64,000 bases of DNA from Amoeboaphelidium protococcarum X5. Its lineage: Eukaryota; Fungi; Aphelidiomycota. The stretch covers positions 1,328,164 through 1,392,163 of the forward strand of contig JALDTO010000098.1 of NCBI GenBank assembly GCA_023515725.1. The letters are read 5' to 3'. A program made the translations under genes and the position numbers. The notes below the pieces were generated by a model. The model was not told the DNA's origin and searched no databases. It was given only the letters and a program-made list of their open reading frames with translations. This document shows positions 26,351 to 40,042 of this stretch, piece after piece (the stretch's first letter is position 1; every line of letters starts with the position of its first letter).

Positions 26351-27259
26351 TCATTCATTCAGGCGCATTGATGCTGCAGTTGATACAATCCATCTTCTGA
26401 ATGAAGATATGCGAGTATAAACGCCAGGAACATTACGAGCACAACCGCGTCCCCAACTGACAATACCGACAAGGACCGTTCTATTCGATCTTGCATCTTG
26501 GTAAATCAAACTAGATCCACTGTCTCCTTGACACGCGTCAAAGTTACGTCTACCTCCGGCACACATCATACTATCTGACACTCTACTACCCAGCTACTCT
26601 TTGCAGTACTCATGATTTACAATAGGGAGTTCGACTTCACGCAAAACCTCAGACATTTCACCGCCTTCATACGTGGCACCGAAGCCTATAGCACTAACAG
26701 TCGTTCCGTCCGATCCAGAGAGTGTGCCATCATCAAGCTAGATAAGAGACTTTGATACAACCGCTGACGGATCTTTAGGAGTCAATTTCCATAGCGCAAT
26801 GTCATTGGCCAGAACAGCAAGATTAAAATCTGGATGAATGACCATTTTAGTCACTTTGAATTCAACGCCATCCTCTTCAGCAGAAGTTTTAGTCAGATTA
26901 TGGCGATGTAGGTAGACTCTCAGTTGATCCAGGGGGATTCCATAAACACTGCAATGACCTGCAGTGATGAGAATGTCCTTGTCCAGCAGAGTACCGCCGC
27001 AGATATGGTTGCCCAGAGGGTCTGAGATGGCGGCAAGGAAATTGCCATATTTGAACTTTGGATTCACTTCTTTACCACCTACAATTTTAATACGCTGCTA
27101 ACCTTCCTCTTTACCATTTGAAGACGCAGAGAAATCTTCATCCATCAATAAAGGTGTCTGAGTTAGAACGAGCTACTCTTTCAACAGATCAGCGACTGGG
27201 CGCGCATTAACTTGAAACAGAGCCAGGATGATCAATGTGCAGATATACATCAAGTTCAT
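26351..27259 (-). CDS. Secreted trypsin-like S1 serine protease
   Basis: Signal peptide and propeptide, IVGG, CGGTL, TAGHC, NDIAL, DACQGDSGSS, GIVSWGRGCA, PGVYTRIS. Confidence 0.93.
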
Positions 27260-27484
27260 ACCTTAATAATACAGTAGATAGTAATGATAATGCCAAGTAC
27301 TGAGAATCTAATGATTATGATATGGATTGTAATAAAGAGAATTCCGCAGCAAGCATGCCAAGTCACTCCGTCACTAAGCGAATCGTGTTCGCATCGCAGC
27401 ACTAAGCAATCGCCATGACGACAACAAAGACGAGCTATAGTATTCCAGCTCCAACTATTAACGCGTAAATCAACTGGAAATTCA

Positions 27485-30439
27485 TCATTTTAATATAATC
27501 TGGTCAAGAACATTCTTCCGAGTCACAATCCAAGCTACAATTTACAACAAATTCAGTTTTAAATCTTGGTTCTAGTCTTGAAGATCAACGAGCCAAGTTT
27601 CCAGTTATTCTACAACTGCTGGGAGTGAGGCCTTCTGTCTGAGCAATGCGGCGCGAAAAGCTTTTAAACACAGCCATTTTATGTCATATTCTTTCAAATA
27701 AAACGTGCATTAATTTCTGCGGGCCACAGGTGATTGAACTCTACCCATAACAATGGAGACTGCTGCGATTTACACCTTCCATAACAGAGTGCACATGAAC
27801 TTCTCATTCCTCTAGCCAGACGTTCGATTAAGACACCGCGCGTATATTAATGCTTTCAGTCCGACAATGAGCATGTTTTCAAAAATATTCATCGCCACAG
27901 TCTAAACACCATTTAAACTGCAATCAAAGTACATACATAAGCTTTTGGGTCGAACATACTGCACCAGTTTGTCTATAGCCCTATCACCAGGATTCTTGTC
28001 ATAGTTCACGCTCAGGGCATCAGACAGATTACTCCCAATGTATCTATTCATATCAATACTGACACTTAAATCGCCAACTTGAATTAAATGTCCACAAAAT
28101 GACACTTCTTGAAGGGGAGCAGAGTGCTCATCCATATCCAAACAATTGGTGGCAGTCTTTTTCGGATTCATATGCACTCCATAGTCTGGAAATCCAATCT
28201 AAATTCGACTCAGATAGCCTTAAGCTTATGCTTTGTCAAATGTCAGGTACAAAAAATCATCAATAAACTTAATCAGAAGCGAATCTGATCTTCTTGTGAA
28301 AGTAAACAGTTCATTCAGAGCCAAGTGAGAGTATAACAGAGAGCATAACAAACTCGATACAATCGAACCTTGAGGAATACCTTCTTCTTGCACGTAATAT
28401 CCATCCTCAAACTGCAGAATGTTGTCGTAGATAAGCTGCTCAATAGCTTTAAATACATCTGCGCCCGACACCTTCTTCTACTAGACTTTATCAATAAACA
28501 CCTTATTTGCGATAGACTTGGCCAACTCTTTACAAAATTCTGGGAACGTCTGATGTTATTCAGCCCTTATTGACACTTTATGATAAAGCTTTTAAAACTA
28601 ACGCAGAAGGCAAAGTTGCAGCTACCGTTAGTATCCATGTATAATAAACTCTGAATCCTATTAAAATATTTACTCCAACACACTGAACAACTTTTGTCGA
28701 TTAATAGAGTCATAGGCCTAAGTCACATCACTCTTTACAAAATATAGCTAGTCTCCTCTCTAGAATCTGGCCTTATTTCTCATTTTAAATTACTTCAGCC
28801 GCGCATAGATATCATCATTACTAAGCACAATATCCTTCAACAGATCAATCTAACCATAATTCTTTTCCGATAGTAGAATACACTAAGCATCACTTAACAG
28901 ACCATACATTTACTTGTTGTTGTTAACACTGCGCAAATTATTGATCCTCCTAAAGCTTCCGTTCTCTTTCGGAATAAGACGTATCTAACTCATAAACTTC
29001 CTTCCTGTATTGATTTAGCCCATGTCGATCGGATGCAAATTCTTAATACTACTTTGAACTTCAACCATTCTCCGCCATAAATCAAATCTATAATAAAATA
29101 CTCTGTTCTTACAATGTGATGTATCAGTAATAAAAAAGCAGGCTTTAAGTAGATCGCTGACAAAACGGTTCAACAGCCATTGAAACAGACTAGAGCATAA
29201 CTACTAGAGCTTTTGGTGTTCCAACTTATTGACAACTTTGGGCTAAGTATTTAATTTAGATCTGAGCCACATGATTCTACTAGATTGAATGCCCTTAACA
29301 ATAAAAGAAGCTTCCGGCATAGACTCAAACTTGCGCAAATTCAGCAGCATACCTACAGCATTGTCCACAAACGCATTCAAATTCTCCATTCCACCAAAGA
29401 AATTACATCTAAACACTTTAATCAAAACACAACGAACAAATTGCTTTACGTCATGTGGTCTAGAATAATCGTTCAAAGTCAAGCCATCATCAGAGCTGGA
29501 CTGTGCTGGACAGTACTGCTTCAGCAAGAGGAGAAAAGGGAGCTTTCGCAGCTTTTATCGCGCCTTAGTAAACACTTATCCATACGCTTTTAATCGCCAC
29601 TTTCCAGACTTGGTAAATGATTCCTGAGGAAATATTACTTTCAAAAACTTTTTCAAGTCCGATACGTCAATAGTTCGTTTATAGCGGCCATGATAGAATT
29701 TTCCTCTATACATCAAGTCTTTGCGAACATTCAGTCGATTATTGTGATGAGTAGATGAGAATGGATTAGGTGGAAGGGTCTTGGCTTTTGCATCTGCCAA
29801 TATCATGCAAGATTCAGATTCATCACAGATATCAATTACCATATCAGAGGTGTGTGACATGGTTTCCGCAGTTGACTGATCATCAATATCACTCAATCTA
29901 GAGGAATCGATTAAAGGCAACTAAAATCCGTCTAATCCATCCAGAATTTGACTCTAATTAATAGCTACCTCTGAGTCTTACCGAGCAAAAGCAACCAATT
30001 GATATTACTATTATTATTATTACGATGGAGTCTTAAACGGTACACCACTCAATTGAACATAATTACCATTCTACAGTTTGAGCATCAACTAGCAGTGCGA
30101 GAGTATAATGAACATCAGACGCGCCCCGACACGCTGAAACAATTCGCAGAGGCCCGCGTGTCTTCGAACGAACATTGCAGTGGAATTGAATTTCAAAGTC
30201 ACAACATCCCCAAGAATACTCAACTTACAACCAAGACTAAGAATATTGTTATTCTGGCGTTCTCTCAAACTTTATTTGATGACTAAATCCAATAGATCAT
30301 TCCAAGTGCAAATTTCAGAGAGATCACAGCATATTTTCAAATCTTGGCGATAGTTGAATACCACAAAGTCTTTAATTCCAACGGCATTCTCATCAATGTC
30401 CACATTAAAGTGGATACGAAAAAATGTAGTAATGTCCAT
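27485..30439 (-). CDS. TERT: Telomerase reverse transcriptase, 984 aa, intronless
   Basis: TEN domain (NILSLG...[11 protein letters not shown]...[11 protein letters not shown]), T motif [35 protein letters not shown], motif [15 protein letters not shown], motif [18 protein letters not shown], motif [12 protein letters not shown], motif E FCG. All four track fragments lie in one frame. Confidence 0.96.
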
Positions 30440-30806
30440 ATTATGTCTCACTATTCAGTACTTAGCTGATAAATAGAGTGAGTGAGTGAGTTTAAATTGA
30501 AAAGGACTCGCTGAAACAGTAAAATAATCTTTCTACCCCAACTCTTCTTTATTCAGCACCCGCTGCAACACCCAAGATTCAAGAACGACACGCTCAGAAG
30601 CGCTTTAGTCGACGTTCGCCTCTTTTCCGCGCTTGTTCTCTTGTTAGTTTCTTCTTCTCTGCAGTACTGTATTCTTCATAAGTCATATTCTTCACTTTTT
30701 AAGCACCGAGTCACGTTCTCCGTTCTATTCTTTCCTTCAAGAGCCAGAGTTTCAAGCCTATTAATTTAGCTGAATAATAGAAACTGAAAGAGTCTGTAAT
30801 ACAATA

Positions 30807-33800
30807 ATGGGAAACGCGAATAGAACATACTCTCTGCCTGTGTAGAAGGAGGATCTTGCTGGTCTGAGGTAGGAGCGTGTTGTTGGCAACAGCAGATTCA
30901 TGAAGGGCATCAAGTGTACTGATGGTCAGTAGAATTTGGTCATGGTTAAGATTTTATAGAAGGATTTGCAGTCAGGTAGTGCAGATGCTAATCCAACAGA
31001 GTAATATTAAGAGTTTATAGATCAATTGAATGATCTCAAGCATAAGCTCAGACATGTCCAAGGTGTCCTCATGCATGATACAGTGATTTAGAATGATCGT
31101 TTTGTTATTGGTATTCGACCGTTCTTGTATATGAATTTGTATGATAGAATGTCCACTAGACCATTTCTGTGTCCATTAGAGAAGCAATTCATTGTATTTC
31201 AATTGATGAAATTGTTGTGTTAGCTGGAGTTGGTTGGTGTGGTGCATGGTGATTTGAAGACGCAGAATATTTTGATCACATCTTGGAATTAGATCTACGT
31301 TACTGATTTCAGTTCCTCGTATAAGCCTCATACATTGCCTATAGATAATTCTGCGGATTACTCGTATTACTTTGATTCAAGTGGCCAGCGTGTCTGCTAC
31401 ATTGCTCCTGAGAGGTTCATAGCTGCTTAATCGTCATAATAATCTGCGCCGGATAATAGATTTGAATTGACTCCTCAATGCGACGTGTTCAGTATGGGCT
31501 GCATTTTTGCTGAGCTCTTTATGGATGGTAGTCCCATGTTTACTTTATCCACCTTACTGTAGTATATTGATAGCAGGCAACTTCCTCATGAATCATCTTC
31601 ATTGTGGTCTTCAGAGTATTCAGATTTGATGAAGGATATGCTAAAGTTTGACCGAGACAGTGCTAGTACTCTACTTGAAAAGCATTAGGATATGTTTCCT
31701 TATTACTTTGATGACTATTTATATTCCTTTTATCAATAGCTGGAATCAGGTAATGATCAATCTCTGAATGAGTGTGATTATCGCATATGCAAGATATTTA
31801 TCGACTTTCACCAAGTGTGTGAAAAGCTGTCTCTTATAATTGATTACTCCGAAGAAAAGTTGTTAGACGGTTAGTATTATGTCAATATTACTGGTGTTCC
31901 TATCAGAATCTGTAAATAGAAATCATAAAAGGCTGCCGTTCTCGTTGCTAATATTGTGACATCTCAAATACGGAGTGTTGTTTCTATTGCGACCAAGTTG
32001 CAGGCTATGGATATGCTTTTGTATGTTAGCTGTTTTCTGGATTCAGCCTGCATTATGTAAAGGATTGTTCCGTATGTTGTGCTTCTTCTTTAGGATGGCG
32101 AAGTTCGTGTTAGGTGCAGATCCATCAAGATTCTGATTGATGTGTTGAGTATGGTAGACTCACTTCCGGTGTAAGACTGTCTTTTTCTTAATGAATACTT
32201 GGTGGATAATTTAAAGCCCTTATTAAGAGACACATCCGATTAGGTTCGTGCTTAATTTGCAGCCTTATTGTCCTAATTTTCATCTATTGGCCATAAATGG
32301 CTCTCTAAACTCAATCTGAGCCCAATAATTTAAGACTAAAGCGCTGGTGACAGTGAAGAGTAGTTCACTTACGATCAATAAGTTTTGGAATTTAATAATA
32401 TTCTTCAGCAATGGACTGTACATTTTCTTATGGACGGCAGTTCGGCTGTGAAATTGCATCTGCTTCAAGGTATTGGACAGCTCTCAGTAATCCTCGGTGG
32501 CAAGGTGTGTGCTGATGTCATTCTGTCGCATCTAATCACTTACCTCAATGACAAAGACTAGAAGATTAGGGCCGCCTTCTTCCAGGCATTACATTAGCTT
32601 GGCCTTCTCATAGGTAAATCTGCAGTGGATGAGTATGTAAAGCCACTGATATTGTAAGCTTTGTATGACCAAGATGATGGTGTAGTTGCTGCTGTTTTGT
32701 CATGTGCCACCTCGCTGGTGAAATCTAATTGTTTTAGTAATATCGCTGTCAATAATCTGTCCAAAAGCATTGTACCATTGCTACTACATCCGAATGTTGT
32801 TATTAGACGGAATTGTGTGAGTCTGTTCCACGGAATGTCAACTGCTTTAAGTAGGCTTGATTTCAAGGTATTTGTCATGCCCCAACTCGAACCGTATTTG
32901 TAAATTTAGCTTGGCGATTTATTTCAACTTGGACCAGAATGCCTTGTGGAGCCGCTTAGTCGGCAGCTGTTTGCCGTTACCATTCAGACTATGGCTGAAG
33001 TGAGAAAACAGAAAGTTGTGGAGTCTCAAGGCCGTCCTTTTTATCGAATGAAGAGTATTGCGAATAAAAGCGAGCAGACTGTAGACATGGAGATGCTTGC
33101 CAAGGTATTTAATGCTCACTCTTTGAGTGAAGAAGATTTGCGCAGAATATCTCTGATTGCGCCGTATGTGATGAAGTTGAATTTAACTAGTGCTCTCGCA
33201 TCATAGTCATAATATGATATCAAATTGCTCAAGGCTAACCCAACTAATGCGCGGCCTAGAACCGTATTTTTATCTCCTTCAGTCACGGGGACTTTGAGCA
33301 AACATAGTTCATTGCGTATTAGGCACAAGTCGGTGCCATCCATAAAGTTACGCCATGACATTGTTGCATCTTTAGATCAAAGAGATACTTAAAGTGAGCC
33401 GGATAATGAGGTGCGGAATGAAGCCGTGGAAGGTTAGATGCTGCAGGTACCGAGCGAGTCGTTATTGTCAGTTAACCGGCATGGGAGAGTGAATAGTACG
33501 AGCACGGTTAGCCATACGCACAGTGTTGCATCAAATGCATCTGCTGTGATGCCTGTAGGGAAAGTCTCTGATGAGCAGCAATTCAAAGCTGAGCCGGTGG
33601 CTGAGTTAAGCGCTGGTTTCGTTGAGGGGACTCTGCAGTAGCATGATTAACGAAAGTAGTCCAGTATTGAGAATCTGGACAAAGTATCATCCATGTCAGA
33701 TTAGCATTAACTGTATTAATTGGGTCTCAATAGGCCGGCATCATCAACTGGGGTCCGTATGAGTAATAGTGTTAGGATGGCGGGAAGGGACAACTATGGC

Positions 33801-35294
33801 GCTAGTGAGTTTCCAATGATTCGACCTTTATTAAATGAGAAATCCTAAAAAGCATTCCCTTAGAATAAGTTTGAGTTTGGAAAACGGCTAGTGGGAGGCC
33901 CGCCTCTTGCGACTGGTGCATCATCAAAGTAGAATTCTATTTCTCAGTGGAAACCAGCGGGAGTCTTGCTCGCAACTTTCACAGAACATTCTGACCGTGT
34001 AAATTAACTTTCGCTATCACCAGACAGTAGGTACTTTATATCTGGCTCATCAGATGGCTCACTGAAGTTATTTGATTGTGGTCATTTGGAGAGTAATGTG
34101 ATGTTCCATTCCCAGCTGTCTTACACGTAGCGCGGAGCTTAATGGTAGAAGGTGCATTTTTGCAATGGGACCCAGACAGTGCTTGCGTGCCATAACTCTG
34201 GTGCAGAAGTCTTGAATGTGGAGTATAATTTCTCTGCAGTGTCTGGTGACAGCTTAGGCGATAATGACTAAAAACGAATAACTACCCTGCAAGCATGCTC
34301 TATTCCATCTTAAAGTATATATTCTAGTTGCGTTGTTGATGATCAAAAGGGGATTTTTGCCATCGCTAGTGACTGTAACACGGTTGACGGATGGGACATT
34401 CGATGTGATCGTTCTATATGGACTTTTAAGAATCCTGCTTATTAAGGATATATATCTAGTATGTGTGCAGACTCTCTCTACTCATCATGGCTCACTTTAG
34501 GAACTGATCGAGGTGTAATTTCGTGTTGGGATATCAGATTTATGGCCAACTGCCAGACATGGCTGCATCCATCATAGTAGAAAATAGAAAAGATGGTCCC
34601 GTACAAGTCTTACAGTGCTCAGAGGTGCAAGCGAATTTTCTGCTCTGCCGGAGAAAATGAATTGGCTCTGTGGGATTTGGAGCGTGGAGAGTATCGTGAA
34701 GTATTTTGTGCTCGCCCTATCAGTGAAAAGATTCCTAAGTATGCTCAATCTTTTAAAGCACTCCCTTCACCTGGTTCTCGTCTCAATGAATCCGCGCTAA
34801 AGTTCCAGTAAAGTCCGAAATCAGTGTTTACAACCTTCTGGTACAGGAGTGATACGAATTTCCTGTTGACTGCTGGCTTTGATCGTCATATAAGATACTG
34901 GAACTTGGCAAGTATTGAGAAATCTTTTGCCATAACTAAAGGAGTTGATGATTTGAATCGCTAGTCCTCATCGAGTAAGTTCGATAACATGATATTTCAT
35001 TATGAGCGGTCATTAAAGTCAGCCTTGAAGCCATCTAATCATGGTGTTAATACGGTAAAAAGCAGCTCCTCATCAGGCGCTGGAACTTAGTCTGCTACTC
35101 TTCTGGCTCACGCTCTAAACGCCTCTCCAAAGAGTGTTAGTGGTGGCAAAGTACACCCAGAGCAGATCAGTTCCTATCACGAGAAGGACTATATGTATCA
35201 CACATCCGGAATCACTGATCTCATTGTGACAGAGTACCCGTCTCCTCTACTCATTACATCGTCTTCTGATGGTGCAATTAAAGTGTGGAAATGA
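30807..35294 (+). CDS. VPS15: Vps15/PIK3R4 (kinase, HEAT, WD40)
   Basis: MGN start, NLYDRMSTRPFL..EK, HGDLKTQNILITSWN..VTDF, YFDSSGQRVCYIAPERF, HEAT region, WD40 tail ending DGAIKVWK. Confidence 0.95.
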
Positions 35295-35339
35295 CAATTC
35301 ATTTAACAATAATCAAGAGTTTCTATAAAAAGTATTATT

Positions 35340-36582
35340 TCATTAAGTTCTCTTCTTCTTTACCTTCTCATTAACCACCTCTAGTTATTCCCAGACATCA
35401 TCATTGTCAGAGCCTAGATCAGAGTATTGCAATTCGCTGCCATCTATATCTCTGTCAACATGATCTCCAGACTATTCATGATCATTCTACAGATTACTCA
35501 TCTCAATAATCGGAATGACTTGATTCATACGTTGCTTCATGTACACCTTGTGCAGCAATGTTCTGCGCTTTAAATCATAGACACGCAAAAATCTATCAAG
35601 ACCAACAGTGGCAACCTTGAGCATTTAGTTATCAGAGGAATCCGTAAAAGTCTAAGCATCATAAATTGCACCAGAAGATCCTTTCAATTTACCAATGACG
35701 CGTCGCTCCCCAAGATCATAATGATACACATCTCCGACATTATCACATACCAAGATTTCGCGTCGCTAGTTATGATGATGATTACTTCCCACTATGGACA
35801 GTCTTTTAAGTGCAATATCCTTGCCACCGACAGCTTCAGTCAACACTGGACGTCTATCCTGTCGCATGTCATACAACTTTACCGTTCCTTATTGAGTGCA
35901 AGTGACAATCTCCTAATTGGAGTTTGGCATAAATTTCACTGCTGTATGATGAAGTGGGACGCGCATATCTAGCCAGTCGTGAGCAACATTCTTGCCTTTG
36001 AAGCAAATGTCCTGCGCTTCAATATCAAATACAGTTACATCGCGCTCTTTGCCACCATACACAACCAAATTCGGAGAAGATTGCGAGGTGCATACATCAA
36101 GAGCGCAAAGATCTTGTCCTAAATTCTTGCTAAATAATGTTGAACTCTGCAAATGTTCATCTACTGCGGAGACACTAAATTCTCCGCTCTACCGCAATAC
36201 AAAAAGTCTCTGTTGGTCATCATGGTGATAGAGACTGATCACCTTAGATTTGCATTACTTGTCCATCTGAATTGGTTAGATCACTTTAGAGTCAATATCA
36301 AACACGTCGATGTCTCCAGATTTTCGCCCCAAAAATATTTAATTCTACATGATAAGTTCAACTAATAATAATCATGTATAATATTGCTGATATAATATAT
36401 ACCTTCAGAGTATTAAAAGATCTGTGCATAGACGTGATCTCCATATCACGATCCACTTTACCATATGATGCCGCCTGCTTCTACGCAACGAGTCCAGCCT
36501 TAGAATCGCCTTTGGATTTATTTGGCTGAGTAATCGTGAGCTCTTTCAATAAACCCACTTGATCTGAAATAATAAAATGCAT
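35340..36582 (-). CDS. WDR74: WDR74/Nsa1 ribosome biogenesis WD40 protein; intron 36345-36402
   Basis: MHFIISDQVGLLKE, YGGKERD, FKGKNVAHDWLDMRVP, VGLDRFLRVYD. A GT...TGTAG intron restores the frame. Confidence 0.87.
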
Positions 36583-36686
36583 TTTAAATACTGAAATCTA
36601 ATCTAAATCTAATCCAATGGCTGTATTCAAAGCAAAGTACTAAAAATGAAAAATGTTCAAAGTTGTGATCATTTTAACACAGGCAG

Positions 36687-38594
36687 TCACCGCCGCTTGA
36701 AATCTTCAATAGACTTAATGAACTGAGCGAACGCGGCGTCTCCTTGACTTTTCTACCAGCACATCTCAATATATGACTAACCAGCCAGTTGTAAAAGTTT
36801 CAAGTCGAATCCGCATTGTAAATACAATCCAACTCCAGCAATATTACGCGCCTCAATCAACTCCATGAGATGAAACTTTGACTGGGCGCTAATGTGCGTT
36901 GGCTCAAACGTCGCACCACAGCTGACTAGTAATTTCGCAACTTTGTCATGACCATTCAGACAGGCCAATGCTAGTGGAGTATTACTATTACCATCACGTA
37001 GATGGATACTAGCGCCAATTTCCAGCAGTCTCTACACTATATCGCAGTGTCCGGCTGACGACGCTATATGCAGAGCGGTTCGGCCATCAAAGTCAACAAC
37101 GTTATATAGAATAGATTGATCACATATTTCGGATATCAATTTCTCAAAAGAATTTATATCACCACTCCCTGCTGCGGCACAGATAAGATGTGGCATCAAT
37201 GCCCGCTCTATTAACTTTCGCTCTTGCATAGTTTCCAATTTCATAGACTGCATGACAGAGCTTATGAACTGACTCTACTTACCAGCCACGACAGTTTTTC
37301 CATTCTGGATGTTGTTATGAAATGAAGTCAACTCGCCCCTCAGGTTCATGGTGAGCAGTGTACGTATCTCATTAGGGGATCTGCCTTTGCCAATAAGGTA
37401 CGATAATTTGGCAAGAGCACATTCCACCGTCATGTCGCAGCCTGGAACTACACCAATGTCTGTCAATGCCCGACCGGTAGCATATAAATCACTCACAATA
37501 CCGCGTTTACACTGAGTGACATTAACAATGACAACACCGCGCATACATGCTTCCTTCAATGCATCCAAAATGTCTAATCTACAGCTAGGGATGTTACCTG
37601 CGCCATATGTCTCTAACACGACCCCTTTGATTCCATCAGCCAAAAATGCTTTCAAAATACTCAGCTGAATACTTGGGAATATACGCAAAGACGCAACATT
37701 ACTGTCCATCTACTTGAATACTTAAAACTTGGCTATAGAATGAGGCCGTCTAATGTCGGACCAGTTAATGTCAATGTTGATACCCACTTTAGCTAGTTCC
37801 TTCATATTAAAACTGTCAAAAGCTGAAAATCCCAACGCGTCATATTTGACACACCTGTTGCCACGATAGAGTTTGTTGGCAAAGAATACACATACTTCTG
37901 GAATGACAAAGTGGCCAGCAAGAATCAGAGAGCCCAAAAGATTCTCTTCAGCATCCGTTCTTAATTCAGCCAGTGGCACTTGAGACCCCGTGATAATCAC
38001 CGACTTACCAAGATCTTCAAGCATAAATGACAAGGCCGAGGCAGTGTATGCCAACGTGTCAGTACCGTGAATGATAACGAATGCATCAAATTTGGAGTAG
38101 TTCAGCTCGAGTACCCTACCAATCTACACCCAGTCGGTGACTGCCATATTCGCAGAGTCCAGCAGAGGCTTAAAAGGTGCAATAACATAGCGAATCCTCT
38201 TCTTATAAACACTCAGCGGAGTGACCAAAGCGGAATGTGGAACTGTTTCATCTTCAGACATTCGGACAGTCTCCTCCGCAGGGTCATTGGACGCCTGCAT
38301 ATGTTATGGATCATGAAACCTGGCAGTTTTCGATAATACTTCAGTTAAATAATTGTCTACAGGGATGAAGCCTTGATCAGACACTTCCTTCATGCCAATA
38401 GTTCCTCCAGTGTACAGCATCAGGACCCTCGCATACTGGCCGGTGTTAGACACTGCTTGCGACTCGGCAGCTCGTCTCTGGAAGTTCACCACAGGATTTA
38501 AATACAGAGGGGAGCTGAGATTATTCAGCTATTACTATTACTGCAACAGACCATCTAAATCCCCATCATAACTTGATCTCGATCTACCATCCAT
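36687..38594 (-). CDS. ASPG: L-asparaginase with C-terminal ankyrin repeats (ASPG/60 kDa lysophospholipase type)
   Basis: LYTGGTIGM, HGTDTLAYTASALSF, ITGSQVP, VLETYGAGN, DMTVECALAKL, ankyrin DFDGRTALHIA. Confidence 0.93.
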
Positions 38595-38773
38595 TTTATC
38601 TCAAGCGCAGCTCACGATTGTCAACGCTAAATAACTTGCAAATTTAACAGGAACGTTCAGAAATCAATTTCTCTGCTTTGCTGATCTCGAGTCTCTTCGG
38701 AACTATTTTTTGTCGTCATTGCTTTAGCACTACATATCAATATCTCTCAGACTATAATTTAGATATTAATAGT

Positions 38774-39538
38774 ATGACGCGGTTAAATTCTTATGTTAAA
38801 TTGTAATAATCGCTGTAGTGTGCTTTAGCAAGGAGACAAATGTAATAGGGGATTTGCGATATTCGGATAAGAAGCAATAGTAGATTTTATGCATCGTAGC
38901 GATAGTTTTTAAACAGTCGTAATCGATAGTAGATTGACACTGCGTCTATAGTATTATACGCTTCCTCGGTTCTTGTTGGTGTTGTTGGACTAACATATGC
39001 TGCTGTACCGCTGTATAGGTTATTTTGCGCCAAGACTGGGTTGGGGGGAACTCCTATGACTGCCAACCAGTAGCAGATGGCGGAAGCTGCTAGCAAGATG
39101 GTTCCAGTTAAAGATGCGCGTAAGATTAGAGTATCTTTCAACGCAGACACCAGTTAGACTATGTAATGGAAGTTTTAGCCTCTTCAAAAGGAAGTATTCG
39201 TGTATCCTGGAGAGACATCGCTGGTGTTTTATCATGCTGTCAACCCGACCGATACTGACATTGTGGGAATATCCACGTACAATGTCCTCCCCCTCAGAGC
39301 TGGCGCCTACTTTAACAAAATACAATGCTTCTGTTTTGAAGAGTAAAGGTTGAAAGCGGGAGAGGGTGTTGATATGCCAGTGTTCTTCTTCTTGGATCCC
39401 GCAATTGATGAGGATCCTCAGATGGCTGATGTCACTGATATCACGTTGAGTTACACATTCTTCAATGCTTAACATGCGAATGGATCGTATCTATCGTCCC
39501 CTATAGTGGAAAAAGATGGTCAGCTGCAATCTGCATGA
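38774..39538 (+). CDS. COX11: Cytochrome c oxidase copper chaperone Cox11
   Basis: YAAVPLYRLFCAKTGLGG, YFNKIQCFCFEEQRL, VDMPVFFFLDP, ITLSYTFF. Confidence 0.95.
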
Positions 39539-39603
39539 ATAGATAAGTATTTAATTGATCACAATTATTGTATTTCTTAAACAAAATTCAATCCAATGAC
39601 GCG

Positions 39604-39826
39604 TCATTCAAGTGCTTTCTTCTTGCTATCTCTCTCCTCTTTCATTCTACAATGTTATAATATTGCAGGGGTTATAATAATCAGTAGCTTTGTTGGTATA
39701 ACATGAATACAATTTCGCTTACCTCTTAGCTAAATTCTCCATATACTCTTAGCATGGGTACCAAATATAAAAGGATGATGCTAGGCCCAATGCTACGGCA
39801 AAACCAATCTGACTGAATCGCGACAT
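39604..39826 (-). CDS. 48-aa single-TM microprotein resembling PIGBOS1; intron 39647-39722
   Basis: Spliced product MSRFSQIGFAVALGLASSFYIWYPCQEYMENLAKRMKEERDSKKKALE; intron GTAAGC...TGTAG; ends TGA. Confidence 0.7.
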
Positions 39827-40042
39827 TTTATAATTGATTAGCTTTACAGAGTAGTCAGAACAAAGCGCCGTCCCAACTTCCGACCGTGGCGTTTTCAAAA
39901 ACTCGGCTTTGATTACTTGCACCGCGTGGTTGTACTTGTGGGCTATTTTTAATCAACTTGATAATTAAAACCAATAGATATGAAAAATAAGTCTTTCTCA
40001 TCATAACATTAGAGGAAGATAAAATTTATCCAGTGATAATAA

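Noticed and set aside
30440-30806. Telomerase RNA in the TERT-VPS15 gap
   Set aside because: No template-like repeat; the pyrimidine-rich sequence looks like a bidirectional promoter and 5' UTR.
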